In this document: piece after piece, positions 29,377 to 38,700 of the stretch
How the letters are laid out: the number at the start of each line of letters is the position of its first letter
How positions within the stretch are numbered: the first letter of the stretch is position 1
Translations under genes and position numbers: made by a program
The notes under the pieces: generated by a model
What the model saw: only the letters and a program-made list of their open reading frames with translations
Databases searched by the model: none
Told to the model about the DNA's origin: nothing
NCBI GenBank assembly: GCA_030605835.1
Contig: JAUWHO010000035.1
Span: 35,776-99,775, forward strand
DNA from: Candidatus Zixiibacteriota bacterium
GTDB taxonomy: Bacteria; Zixibacteria; MSB-5A5; DG-27
Length of the DNA: 64,000 nt
Reading direction: 5' to 3'

Positions 29377-29761
29377 AGGGCGCCCGCCATCCCCTGAGGA
29401 AGTTTTCTATCTCCAGTGGGGACGTGAAGCACTCAAGAATAACATCAACCTCTTAAACGACGTACTCCGGCAGCTTGTCACTCTAGATACTGCGTTGCTG
29501 GCTGCATTGATCGGGTTTCTTCATGAAATCCAGATACCGGAATGGTCAAAAGCTATTGTGCTTTCTTCTGTCTCTATCTCTCTACTCCTTGCCTTTATTG
29601 GGGTCTTACCGTACAGGGCAGAGGTTGACTTACGAAAGCCTGAACACATTAGAGTTCACAAGGAAAAGGCTTTGTCTTACAAGAGACGCTTCCTGACTGT
29701 TGCGGCTATCTTTTTTTTCCTAACGTTTGCCTTTTCAATCTTGGGCTTAATCACCGGATAG
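29351..29761 (+). CDS. Hypothetical 3-TM membrane protein
   Basis: ATG 29351 (in frame with ORF 29219) with GAGG upstream, overlapping the zinc-ribbon gene; three hydrophobic segments. Confidence 0.7.
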   Translation: MQTQTKRLEGRPPSPEEVFYLQWGREALKNNINLLNDVLRQLVTLDTALLAALIGFLHEIQIPEWSKAIVLSSVSISLLLAFIGVLPYRAEVDLRKPEHIRVHKEKALSYKRRFLTVAAIFFFLTFAFSILGLITG

Positions 29762-29923
29762 CTAAAAACAAAAGGTATCGATGAGTCGACCGAATACCCT
29801 GTTTTTACTCCAGAGCTCGTAATTGGAGAAGTAGGCCTTTGGCTTGTGTATGCAGACGGCAGAAACGGGCGAAACCCTTCAACATACATCAGGTCCTTAT
29901 TCTGGACACTATCGCAGTGTAGC

Positions 29924-30814
29924 CTAGCTCGTCGATTTCCAGCGGCGGTGCGGCCAGAACCATTGGTCGGGATGTTCTCTGATTATCTCTTCTAATTTCG
30001 AAGTATAAGCCTGGGTGAGGTCTTTAATATCCTTTTCCTTATCACCGCTGGGTTCACAATTAAAGGGCGGATAGATAACGATATGATGTCTGTATTTCCC
30101 TTTGCGAACCACAAAGCCGGTGAATAAAGGGGATCCGGCTTTAAGGGCGAACGCCGCCGGTCCTTTGGGGGTGGAAACGGGTCTCCCGAAGAAATCTACA
30201 ATGGCCCCATCACTTCCGGCATCCTGATCCGAGAGCATCGCCACCAAGTGATTATTCTTCAACGATTTGAGAATCCCTCTAGCCGCCGTTCCCATCTTTA
30301 TTATCCCGATCCCCATCCTCTGGCGCTGCTTGTTCATCAGGTTGTCAACTCTCAGGTTGTGTTGCTCTCCGACGAGGAAGTCAATCGGGTAACCTCTTTT
30401 GGCCAGATAAGCCCCGGCCAGCTCCCAGCTCCCGAAATGTCCGGTGACCCAAATAGCCCCCTTCCGCTTCTTTCGGACCTCATCGAAATATTCAAAACCT
30501 TCCTCCGTGATTATCCCCTTCATCTTCTCGAGGCTCAATTTGTCGTATAAAGCATATTCCACCACCGAGCGGCCGAAGTTACGATAGGCATCGAGTCCAA
30601 TCCTCTGCAACTCCTCTTCAGAGTATTTGTCCCCGAAAGAGTCCCGGAGGTTCTTCAGGGTTACCTCCCTGCGAATTCCGATGACTTCGTAAACGACATA
30701 TCCCAGGAAAGCGCCGAGAGAGATCGCCAACCTGTAAGGAACCAGCCTGACGAGGAAAATCACGCTGACAGTGAATATATACTCAATCAGATGCTTAATC
30801 TTTCTGGTCATCAT
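29924..30814 (-). CDS. Lipid A late acyltransferase-like (LpxL/HtrB family) lysophospholipid acyltransferase
   Basis: GHFGSWE, LSDQD, FFGRP, IREHPDQWFWPHRRWK. Confidence 0.9.
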   Translation of the reverse strand: MMTRKIKHLIEYIFTVSVIFLVRLVPYRLAISLGAFLGYVVYEVIGIRREVTLKNLRDSFGDKYSEEELQRIGLDAYRNFGRSVVEYALYDKLSLEKMKGIITEEGFEYFDEVRKKRKGAIWVTGHFGSWELAGAYLAKRGYPIDFLVGEQHNLRVDNLMNKQRQRMGIGIIKMGTAARGILKSLKNNHLVAMLSDQDAGSDGAIVDFFGRPVSTPKGPAAFALKAGSPLFTGFVVRKGKYRHHIVIYPPFNCEPSGDKEKDIKDLTQAYTSKLEEIIREHPDQWFWPHRRWKSTS

Positions 30815-31709
30815 ACGGGAATTCCCGACCTAATCGTTCCATCCTTTCCCACTCTTTAAGCCTTTTCCGGTTCTGCCTCTTCTTCCAGATGAAAGCCATA
30901 ACGAAAAGCAACACCAACAAAAGCCACAAGATCGAGGGGTCGGTCAGGACAAAGAGAATGTGATATTTGTGTTTGGCGTGACTCTCGAAGAGCTTTTGAA
31001 ACTCCCAGTAGGAGAGGCCGGTGGCTCGGAAGAAGCTCTCCTTGAAGGGACTCTCCTCCCTCATGAGGGTCACAAACTCAACGAAACCCTGTCTGCCGAA
31101 TTCGTCCACAAAGAAATTTAGAGCCAGGAAGCTCTCGGTGTAGGCCAATCCTGCCTTGGCCCGATGGAACTGGTTGACCTCGTCCAACTCCGAAAGGGGG
31201 ATGAAGGAGCCAGTCAAGAGCGCCTTGGCTAAGAGGAGATCTTGCCCCAGCCTCCATTCGTGAGATTGCCACATGGCGAAGCCCTCATGAATCCACCTTG
31301 GCACCCAGCGATAGCCACTGGCGACCTCCAGGCCGAGGTGAGCGGACTCGTGAATCAATATCCTCTTGAACTCCGGACTCACGATGAGATTTTCAGGTTG
31401 CCTCATAACGATGCTTTTGGAGCCAAGCAAAGCTACCCCCACCCCCCATTCGGGAACCCGGCCTCTGGTGAGACTAGCAAATTCCGACTCCGATTTTGCG
31501 ATGTATATGCGAAAGGTGTCACTGTATTCGTAATCGAAGAAGGTCTCAAAATACTCGAATTTCTCTTCAGCAATCCTTTCGACCTCCTGCCTCAAAGTAG
31601 GGTCTTGACAAAAGATCTGAAGAGAGAAACCTAGTCCTGTTGCGACCAACCCGCAAAAAAAGAAAAAAGCCCCGGAGAGAAATATCAACCTAATCTTGTC
31701 CGGGGCCAT
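30795..31709 (-). CDS. Peptidase MA-like zinc metalloprotease with C-terminal membrane anchor
   Basis: VPEWGVGVA, HESAH (HExxH), PRWIHEGFA; C-terminal TM. Confidence 0.8.
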   Translation of the reverse strand: MAPDKIRLIFLSGAFFFFCGLVATGLGFSLQIFCQDPTLRQEVERIAEEKFEYFETFFDYEYSDTFRIYIAKSESEFASLTRGRVPEWGVGVALLGSKSIVMRQPENLIVSPEFKRILIHESAHLGLEVASGYRWVPRWIHEGFAMWQSHEWRLGQDLLLAKALLTGSFIPLSELDEVNQFHRAKAGLAYTESFLALNFFVDEFGRQGFVEFVTLMREESPFKESFFRATGLSYWEFQKLFESHAKHKYHILFVLTDPSILWLLLVLLFVMAFIWKKRQNRKRLKEWERMERLGREFPYDDQKD

Positions 31710-31725
31710 AATTCTTTTGAGGCTG

Positions 31726-32415
31726 TTAGCCCAACTCGTATGTTTCACCGATCCCTAAGATAATTCCCTTCGCGGACAGACCCTTTATCCCCTCGACGAA
31801 CTCCTTGGGGTCCTGCTTGATGACGTCGAAGGTATCATAGTGCATCGGGATGGCAACCTTGGGCTTCAAAAACTCCGTAGCCTTGATTGCCTCTCTTATT
31901 CCCATGGTGAAGTTGCTTCCGATGGGGAGCAAAGCCAAATCTAAGGGATAAAGCTCGCCGATAAGCTTCATATCGTAAAAGAGCCCGGTATCACCGGCAT
32001 GATAGATTCGCTTGCCGCCGAGTGAGACCACAAAGCCGACCGGATTTCCCATGTAGAGGATGGAGTCGCCTTCGACCATTCCGGAGCCGTGGTGCGCAAT
32101 AGTCAGCGTAACCTCTCCAAAGGGGAACATGAAACTCCCTCCGATGTGCATCGGATGGGCTTTCGCTCCCTTGTTCTCGAAATAGGTGGCTATCTCATAT
32201 GGCGCGATAACGGTGGCACCCGAACTCGTGGCGATGCTGAGTCCGTCACCGATATGATCCCCGTGACCATGGGTTAAGAGCAGGTAGTCGGGCTTCAACT
32301 CCTCCGGGGAGGCTTTCGCCAACGGATTGCCGGTCAGAAAGGGATCGATTAGAAGCTTGTATTTACCATCGTCAAAGAGGAATCCAGAATGTCCCAGATA
32401 TGTTATCTTGACCAT
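31726..32415 (-). CDS. Metal-dependent hydrolase (UPF0173, MBL fold)
   Basis: ITYLGHSGF, IDPFLTGNP, THGHGDH, YHAGDTG, LLPIG, IPMHY; AAGGAG RBS before ATG. Confidence 0.9.
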   Translation of the reverse strand: MVKITYLGHSGFLFDDGKYKLLIDPFLTGNPLAKASPEELKPDYLLLTHGHGDHIGDGLSIATSSGATVIAPYEIATYFENKGAKAHPMHIGGSFMFPFGEVTLTIAHHGSGMVEGDSILYMGNPVGFVVSLGGKRIYHAGDTGLFYDMKLIGELYPLDLALLPIGSNFTMGIREAIKATEFLKPKVAIPMHYDTFDVIKQDPKEFVEGIKGLSAKGIILGIGETYELG

Positions 32416-32567
32416 CATCTCTCCTTCACCTCTAAGCCTATTCTTCCTTAATTTAACGGTGGTTGAATGTATTGTCAACTGAAACGGACGAGGGGCAAAC
32501 GGTTCTCCACCAATTTTCAACTTTCCTGAGCGAAGAAGTCAGAACATATCTCAGAGAAGGATAGACG

Positions 32568-32609
32568 ACTCACCATTCACTACTAACCACTAACTACTCA
32601 CCACTCACC
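32568..32609. repeat. Degenerate tandem heptamer repeat (ACTCACC/ACTAACC, 6 units)
   Basis: actcacc attcact actaacc actaact actcacc actcacc. Confidence 0.7.
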
Positions 32610-32650
32610 AAAACCGGCTTGATTGACAAAGCATGTGAAAAAGATTATCA

Positions 32651-34105
32651 TTGTCCAAAATCATTGTTTTTCCCGAACGTTCGTCCACCTTCGAGGAGAA
32701 AGAAGTGTCCCGGAGTAGATCGAACAAGCTTCGCAACGACATTGCCGGAATAAACGTCAAAGTTCCGGTGCTGGGCGGCTCCTATAAGAGATTCATATAT
32801 TTTGACAACGCCGCCAGCACCCCACCTTTGAAGTCGGTTCTGAGGGCGGTCGAGGAGTTTATGCCCTATTATGCCAGTGTTCATCGGGGAAGCGGATTCA
32901 AGTCGTTGGTGTCAACGAAGGCATACGAGGAGGCTCACCGCTTGGCCGGGGAATTCGTCGGCGCCGACCTGGACAATCAGACCGTGATCTTCTTGAAGAA
33001 TACCACCGAGGCTTTGAATAAGTTGGCTAATCGATTACCCCTGAAGAAAGATTCGATAGTCCTTTGTTCCCTTCTGGAGCACCACTCCAATGATCTCCCC
33101 TGGAGGTTCAAAGCCAAAGTAGTCCACATTGAGATAGATGGGGAGGGGAGGCTTGACGAGCAGGACCTCGAAGGCAAATTTGAGAAATATTATCCTAGGG
33201 TGGCACTTCTGGCGATGACCGGGGCCTCCAACATCACCGGCTTTTTACCACCAATCCACAAATATGCCCGCCTGGCTCATCAGTATGGCTGCCCTATCGT
33301 GGTGGATGCCGCTCAGCTTGCGCCTCATCGTCCCATAAACATGAAGAAAGCCTCAGACCCGGAGCATATCGATTATCTGACTTACGCTGGTCACAAGATG
33401 TATGCCCCCTTCGGCACTGCGGTTTTGATTGGCGATAGGGAGACCTTCCTTTCCGGGGATCCGGATCAGAAGGGCGGGGGAACAGTCTCGATAGTTGACC
33501 GCAAAAAGGTGGTCTGGGCTCATCTTCCGAACAAGGAGGAGGCCGGCAGCCCGAATGCGGTTGGTGCGGTGGCATTGGCTGCCGCGATCAAGTATTTCCG
33601 TAGAGTCGGCTTCAAAAAAATCGTCTCCCACGAGCGACAGTTGGTGAAGTACGCCCTTAAGAGAATGCAAGAGATTGACGGCATCCGCATATACGGGGAT
33701 AAAAGAGCGAGCCTGCCCGAAGACCGTCTCGGCTCCGTCCCCTTCCTCATGGAGGGGGAGCCACACGGGAAAGTGGCCGCAATTCTCAGTTATGAGGGCG
33801 GAATCGGGCTGCGCAACGGCTGTTTCTGCGCCAATCCATTTATGCAGGCCCTGTTGAAAATCCCCCCTAAGAAATTGAAGCAAATCCAGCAGCAAATTAG
33901 AGAATCTTACCGCGCTGAAGTTCCCGGGACGGTGCGGGTGAGCTTCGGGCTTCAGAACACCACAAGAGAGATTGACCACTTGATCAAAATGCTAAACATC
34001 ATCTCCGAGGGGAAATACAAGGGCAAATATGTAGTCAATCCTCGCACCGGCGAGTATCGCCCCAAGGGCTTCAAGCTTGATCTGCACGCTTTTTTGCCTT
34101 TTTAA
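32651..34105 (+). CDS. Class V PLP aminotransferase (cysteine desulfurase/SufS-like)
   Basis: YFDNAASTP, YASVHRG, EHHSNDLPW, VDAAQ, AGHKMYAP (PLP Lys), RNGCFCA. Confidence 0.88.
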   Translation: MSKIIVFPERSSTFEEKEVSRSRSNKLRNDIAGINVKVPVLGGSYKRFIYFDNAASTPPLKSVLRAVEEFMPYYASVHRGSGFKSLVSTKAYEEAHRLAGEFVGADLDNQTVIFLKNTTEALNKLANRLPLKKDSIVLCSLLEHHSNDLPWRFKAKVVHIEIDGEGRLDEQDLEGKFEKYYPRVALLAMTGASNITGFLPPIHKYARLAHQYGCPIVVDAAQLAPHRPINMKKASDPEHIDYLTYAGHKMYAPFGTAVLIGDRETFLSGDPDQKGGGTVSIVDRKKVVWAHLPNKEEAGSPNAVGAVALAAAIKYFRRVGFKKIVSHERQLVKYALKRMQEIDGIRIYGDKRASLPEDRLGSVPFLMEGEPHGKVAAILSYEGGIGLRNGCFCANPFMQALLKIPPKKLKQIQQQIRESYRAEVPGTVRVSFGLQNTTREIDHLIKMLNIISEGKYKGKYVVNPRTGEYRPKGFKLDLHAFLPF

Positions 34106-34257
34106 ACAAATCCCGCCCCAATCTGTTAGATAGCCAAGATAATTGCGTTCACCCACAAAGAATTGAAGATTCTCTCTTCCTTACTGATTTCTCTTTCACA
34201 GCTGAAGTAGCTCGGGTTCCAAACAGAACACCGTGGAGCAAGAAACCCGACACAGCT

Positions 34258-34425
34258 GTGCCGTCAGGTGTTTCCACCTGACGGGAATCTGTCGGGAGGA
34301 AACTCCCGACAGCACCGCTTAAATAGTCCGGCTAACCTAACACAACCCCCTGGCGGAGGCCAGGGGGCTACCCAGATATTGAAACTTAAGAAACCAAGGG
34401 TAGCCCAGTGGCCTCTGCCACTGGG
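34258..34425. repeat. REP-like cluster downstream of dnaE: two inverted doublets
   Basis: GTGC-headed palindromes at 34258-34284 and 34289-34315 (inverted); GTAG-headed palindromes at 34346-34373 and 34398-34425 (inverted). Confidence 0.8.
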
Positions 34426-34458
34426 TTCAGCTCCCTGAGCACAGAATACTGGAAAGAC

Positions 34459-37400
34459 CTAATTTGAAAAAGAGCGGCTATTTTTCTCCAGGCGGACGTT
34501 CTCTTCCCCTAAGATCAATCTTGCTTGCTCGATCCACTCTCCAGTGGCGTCCACCTTTTTATCCTTAAGATCGACCAGAACCTCACCGCTTTCGGTTTTC
34601 AGGTGCAAGAGGATGGGAGATTCACCCGGTTTGGAAAGTATGTGCTCGAGAAGGTCCTTGCCTCCGGCAGAGTCCCAATTGGACACTGGCAGGTACAGAT
34701 TCACGGTGGTTCCAAACTCCTTGGCGGCGGCAGATAGCAGGGTCAAATCGGAGGCGATAATTTTGGCCTTTTCCCCCTCCCGGGTGGAGGTGCGGCCTCT
34801 GACGATGATCATCGCATCCGGCTGTAAGATCGGCTCTCTCCTCCCGAAGAGGTCCGAGAAAACAATCACCTCCACGCCGCCGGTGAAATCCTCGACGTTG
34901 ACGAAAGCCATCCGCCCCCCCTTCTTATCGATGTTGGTTTTCACGCTGGTGACAATTCCCCCCACACCGACCACTTTATTGTCAGCCACCTCCGAAAGGG
35001 CGTCGGTAGAGTGAGTGGCGAAGACCTTCAGCTCCTCCTCATACTTGTGCAGTGGATGTCCGGAGATATAGAATCCCAAAATCTCCTTCTCCTTGGATAA
35101 GATTCTGGCTCTATCCCAGGGAGGCACCTCCGGTAAGCCGGGAGCTAAAAGGGAGGAGGTCGCACCGGAGGAATCGCCTCCGAAAAGAGAGGTCTGACCA
35201 CGTCTTTTCTCATCCTGAAGTGCCTGACCATAGGAGACCGCGGAATCGACCGCCGCCACCAACTGCGCCCGATGTCCCCGGGTGGAATCGAAGGCTCCGG
35301 CGGTGATCAAGCTCTCTAAAGCGCGCTTGTTAATCTGCTGCATATCCACTCGCTCGCAGAAATCATAGATGCTTTTGAAGGCACCGCCGGTCTCCCGAGC
35401 CTGGGTGCTGGCGCTCACTGCACCCACCCCAACGTTTTTCACGCCTAAAAGCCCGAAACGAATGGAGTTCCCGATGGGACTGAAAGTCGCCAGACTTTCG
35501 TTGATGTCTGGTGGCAAAACCTCGATCCCCATGCGACGGCACTCCTCCATCAAGATAAAGATGCGGTCGGAGTTCCCCATCTCCGAGGTCATGGCGGCGG
35601 CCATAAATTCCACCGGATAGTGGGTCTTTAAATATGCGGTCTCGTAGGCGATGCGGGCGTATCCGACGGAGTGCGATTTAACGAAACCGTAACGTCCGAA
35701 GGTCTCAACGTGGTTGAAGATCTTCTCGGCGGCTCTTTTGGGAACACCTTTCTTGTGGGCGCGGTCGATAAACTCCTTCCGCTGTTGCGCCATTATCTCG
35801 CCGATCTTCTTCCCCATGGCCTTACGCAATAGGTCGCCTTCTGCCAGAGTGTAACCTGCCAGCTGGTGCGCGATCTGTAAGACCTGTTCCTGATAAACGA
35901 TAACGCCGTATGTGTCCTTCAAGATCGGCTCCAGCAGCGGATGTTCGTATTTTATTTTTTTGCGTCCCTGCTTCCTGTCGATGTATTCGGAGACCATGCC
36001 GGCATCTAAGGGCCCAGGGCGATAGAGAGCATTCATGGCGGTCAAATCTTCTAAGTTTTCGGGCTTCAGCTTCTGCAGATAGTCACGCATCCCCCGACTT
36101 TCGAACTGAAAGATGCTGACGGTTTCACCTCGGGCGAAAAGTCCATAGACTTCCCGGTCGTCTAAAGGGATATCATTCATGTCGATCTTGATACCTCTTA
36201 TCCTCTCCAGCAGCTTCACGGTCTCGTCCAAGACTGTAAGGGTCCTCAGGCCCAAAAAATCCATCTTGATTAGACCGATGGCCTCGATGCCGTGCATATC
36301 ATACTGGGTGGTGATCTCATCCTTGTTGGACTTAAACAGCGGCACGAAGTCGGTCAATTTCGAGGGGGCGATCACCACCCCGGCGGCATGGGTGGAGGCA
36401 TGTCTCGACAGACCTTCCAGGGTTTTAGAGAGGTCGATCAGTTTCCCCACCCGGGGGTCCTCCTGATAGAGGCTTCTCAGGGTGGGGTGGGAGTCAACGG
36501 CTTTGCTCAGATTCATATGCCAGTCGAACGGTATCATCTTGGCGATGCGGTCGACCTCGGAATAGGGCATCGAAAGCACCCTGCCGACATCTCTGATCAC
36601 CGCTCGAGCCGCCATCGTCCCGAAGGTGATGATCTGACACACGCTGTCTTGACCATACTTGTTCGTGACGTAATCGATCACCTTGTCTCTTCCCTTGTCG
36701 GAGAAATCGATGTCGATATCAGGCATGCTCAGACGCTCCGGATTGAGAAAGCGCTCGAAGATGAGCCCGTATTTTAAGGGGTCTATGTTGGTGATTCCCA
36801 GACAGTAAGAGACCAGGCTGCCTCCGACAGAACCTCTGCCGGGACCGACCGGGATGCCGTTCTCCCTGGCGTAGTCGATGAAATCCTTGACGATGAGAAA
36901 ATATCCGGCATAACCCATCTGGATGATTACCTTAAGCTCGTAGTTTAACCTCTCTTCAAGCTTTTTGGTAACCCTGGAGTAGCGCCTTTCGAGCCCTTTG
37001 TGAGCCAGATCCTCTAAGTAGGCCTCGGGAGTGTCAAATCCTGCCGGGAGGGGAAAGCGGGGAACGTGGGTCTTTCCGAACTCTAGCTCCAGGCTGCACT
37101 TGTCGGCGATGCCGACGGAGTTCTCTATCGCCTCCGGGTAGTCTTTGAAAACCTCCTTCATCTCCTGGGGGGATTTGAAGTAGATCTGGTCGGTGGCGTA
37201 TCTCAGGCGGTCGGTATCGGAGATGCTCTTTCCGGTCTGGATGCAGAGCAGGGCGTCGTGAGCCGGATAATCCTCCCTGTAAAGGTAATGACAATCGTTT
37301 GTGGCCACGATCGGAAGGTCGAGCTCGCCTGCCAATTTCACCAGCTGGGGCAGGACCTTAAGTTGAGCCTCGATGCCGTGATTCTGGATTTCGATAAAGA

Positions 37401-37923
37401 AATTCCCCTCCCCGAAGATCTCCAAATATTCGAGGGCCGCTTTCTTTGCCCCCTCTTTGTCCTCGCGGAGTAGGCGATGAGGGACCTCCCCCTTAAGACA
37501 GCTGGAAAGAGCGATTAAGCCTTCGGAATGCTTTCTCAGGAGCTCCTTGTCGATACGGGGCCTGAAATAGAAACCCTCTAAGTATCCGGCGGTGGATAGT
37601 TGAATCAGATTCTGATAGCCCTGGCGATTCTTGACCAGGAGTATCAGATGATAGCCGGAATCGGGCAGCCCTTTGATTGGTTCCTTTTTCAGGCGGGAGG
37701 TGGGGGCTATATAAGCTTCAGTGCCGATAATCGGTTTGATCCCCTGAGATTTCGCCTTCCGGTAAAATTCGATGGCACCGAACATATTTCCGTGGTCGGT
37801 GATCGCCAGGGCGGGCATCTTCATCTCTTTGGTCAGCTCCAGCACCAAATCGATGCGGCAGGCACCATCCAGGAGGCTGTACTGGGTGTGATTATGCAGA
37901 TGGACGAAATCGGCGAAGCTCAT
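34459..37923 (-). CDS. dnaE: DNA polymerase III alpha subunit
   Basis: FVHLHNHTQYSLLDG PHP domain, GPGRGS, FERFLNPER..MPDIDID, KMDFLGL, C-terminal OB fold. Confidence 0.97.
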   Translation of the reverse strand: MSFADFVHLHNHTQYSLLDGACRIDLVLELTKEMKMPALAITDHGNMFGAIEFYRKAKSQGIKPIIGTEAYIAPTSRLKKEPIKGLPDSGYHLILLVKNRQGYQNLIQLSTAGYLEGFYFRPRIDKELLRKHSEGLIALSSCLKGEVPHRLLREDKEGAKKAALEYLEIFGEGNFFIEIQNHGIEAQLKVLPQLVKLAGELDLPIVATNDCHYLYREDYPAHDALLCIQTGKSISDTDRLRYATDQIYFKSPQEMKEVFKDYPEAIENSVGIADKCSLELEFGKTHVPRFPLPAGFDTPEAYLEDLAHKGLERRYSRVTKKLEERLNYELKVIIQMGYAGYFLIVKDFIDYARENGIPVGPGRGSVGGSLVSYCLGITNIDPLKYGLIFERFLNPERLSMPDIDIDFSDKGRDKVIDYVTNKYGQDSVCQIITFGTMAARAVIRDVGRVLSMPYSEVDRIAKMIPFDWHMNLSKAVDSHPTLRSLYQEDPRVGKLIDLSKTLEGLSRHASTHAAGVVIAPSKLTDFVPLFKSNKDEITTQYDMHGIEAIGLIKMDFLGLRTLTVLDETVKLLERIRGIKIDMNDIPLDDREVYGLFARGETVSIFQFESRGMRDYLQKLKPENLEDLTAMNALYRPGPLDAGMVSEYIDRKQGRKKIKYEHPLLEPILKDTYGVIVYQEQVLQIAHQLAGYTLAEGDLLRKAMGKKIGEIMAQQRKEFIDRAHKKGVPKRAAEKIFNHVETFGRYGFVKSHSVGYARIAYETAYLKTHYPVEFMAAAMTSEMGNSDRIFILMEECRRMGIEVLPPDINESLATFSPIGNSIRFGLLGVKNVGVGAVSASTQARETGGAFKSIYDFCERVDMQQINKRALESLITAGAFDSTRGHRAQLVAAVDSAVSYGQALQDEKRRGQTSLFGGDSSGATSSLLAPGLPEVPPWDRARILSKEKEILGFYISGHPLHKYEEELKVFATHSTDALSEVADNKVVGVGGIVTSVKTNIDKKGGRMAFVNVEDFTGGVEVIVFSDLFGRREPILQPDAMIIVRGRTSTREGEKAKIIASDLTLLSAAAKEFGTTVNLYLPVSNWDSAGGKDLLEHILSKPGESPILLHLKTESGEVLVDLKDKKVDATGEWIEQARLILGEENVRLEKNSRSFSN

Positions 37924-38030
37924 CTTTCTCAGTAACCTAATCTATGACGAAAGCTCACGTGACAAACCCTCTCTAATTTAACCTTCTGGTGGACATTTTC
38001 AACAGCATTTTGAGGAAAGCAATCCTATTT

Positions 38031-38315
38031 GTGGTGTCAGGAGTTTGCTCCTGACACCTGCCGTCGCGAAGCAATTCCCAGTGGCGGAGGCCACTGGGCT
38101 ACCCTCTATTGGTTTGAGGACCATTGTCAACACGAACAGCGGTGATGAATTCACCACCCTACGGGGACTATCGCCGTAGCGGGCGGAATTTATCCGCCCA
38201 AAATAATGTCGGGGATAAATTCCCCGACCTACAGGCCAATTGGATTCTTGAAAACTTGAAGGCCATACTCCGTTGTGAATACACTCTAAGGCGGTATGAA
38301 TTCACCGCTCTACGG
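38031..38315. repeat. REP-like cluster upstream of dnaE (six palindromes from several families)
   Basis: Palindromes at 38031-38058, 38077-38104, 38139-38164, 38174-38199, 38207-38233, 38291-38315; most carry a GTAG head; two families recur at 10054 and 34398. Confidence 0.82.
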
Positions 38316-38406
38316 GTTGAACGATGAGGGGTGTCGGGTCTGGCGTATGACGCCACGATGTTACCGTGAGGAGGAATCTAAAAATACAAGCGACTGTATT
38401 CTGAGA

Positions 38407-38688
38407 TCACTCTCTTTCTCGAGATTTGAGGAATGAAACCAGCCTCTTTTTGCAGTCGACACAGAGGAGCAACTCGAACTTCTGATAGACCTCCTCTTCC
38501 AGTTCTTTCCCCGATTTGTCCTTCAGGGCTTCGACGGTATCCTTGATCTCCTGGGCGTAATTCTTCTTCTCGTCGTATGGGACAGATAGGTATCCATCGA
38601 AATCGGAGATGAGCTCGGCTTTCAGATGATATTTCAATCCCCCCTTTTTGAACCTTTTTCCGCAGAGATGACAACGTCGTTTCTTCAT
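38407..38688 (-). CDS. Small hypothetical protein with split C4 zinc-binding motif
   Basis: CHLC near N-terminus, CVDC near C-terminus; immediately follows the rhomboid gene. Confidence 0.7.
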   Translation of the reverse strand: MKKRRCHLCGKRFKKGGLKYHLKAELISDFDGYLSVPYDEKKNYAQEIKDTVEALKDKSGKELEEEVYQKFELLLCVDCKKRLVSFLKSRERE

Positions 38689-38700
38689 CGAGAATAATTA

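Larger units (their letters stand above)
28060..29963. mobile_element. ~1.9 kb integrated islet bounded by imperfect direct repeats of the 3' end of the lpxL-like gene
   Basis: 28066-28099 CGTCAATTTCCAGCGGCGGTGGGGCCAGAACCAT vs 29930-29963 CGTCGATTTCCAGCGGCGGTGCGGCCAGAACCAT (2 mismatches in 34 bp); interior visibly more AT-rich. Confidence 0.7.

Noticed and set aside
38031-38315. Regularly spaced palindromes as a CRISPR array or tRNA cluster; ORFs 38124-38327 and 38168-38356
   Set aside because: The repeats differ from one another, there is no cloverleaf, and the ORFs are just translations of the palindromes.
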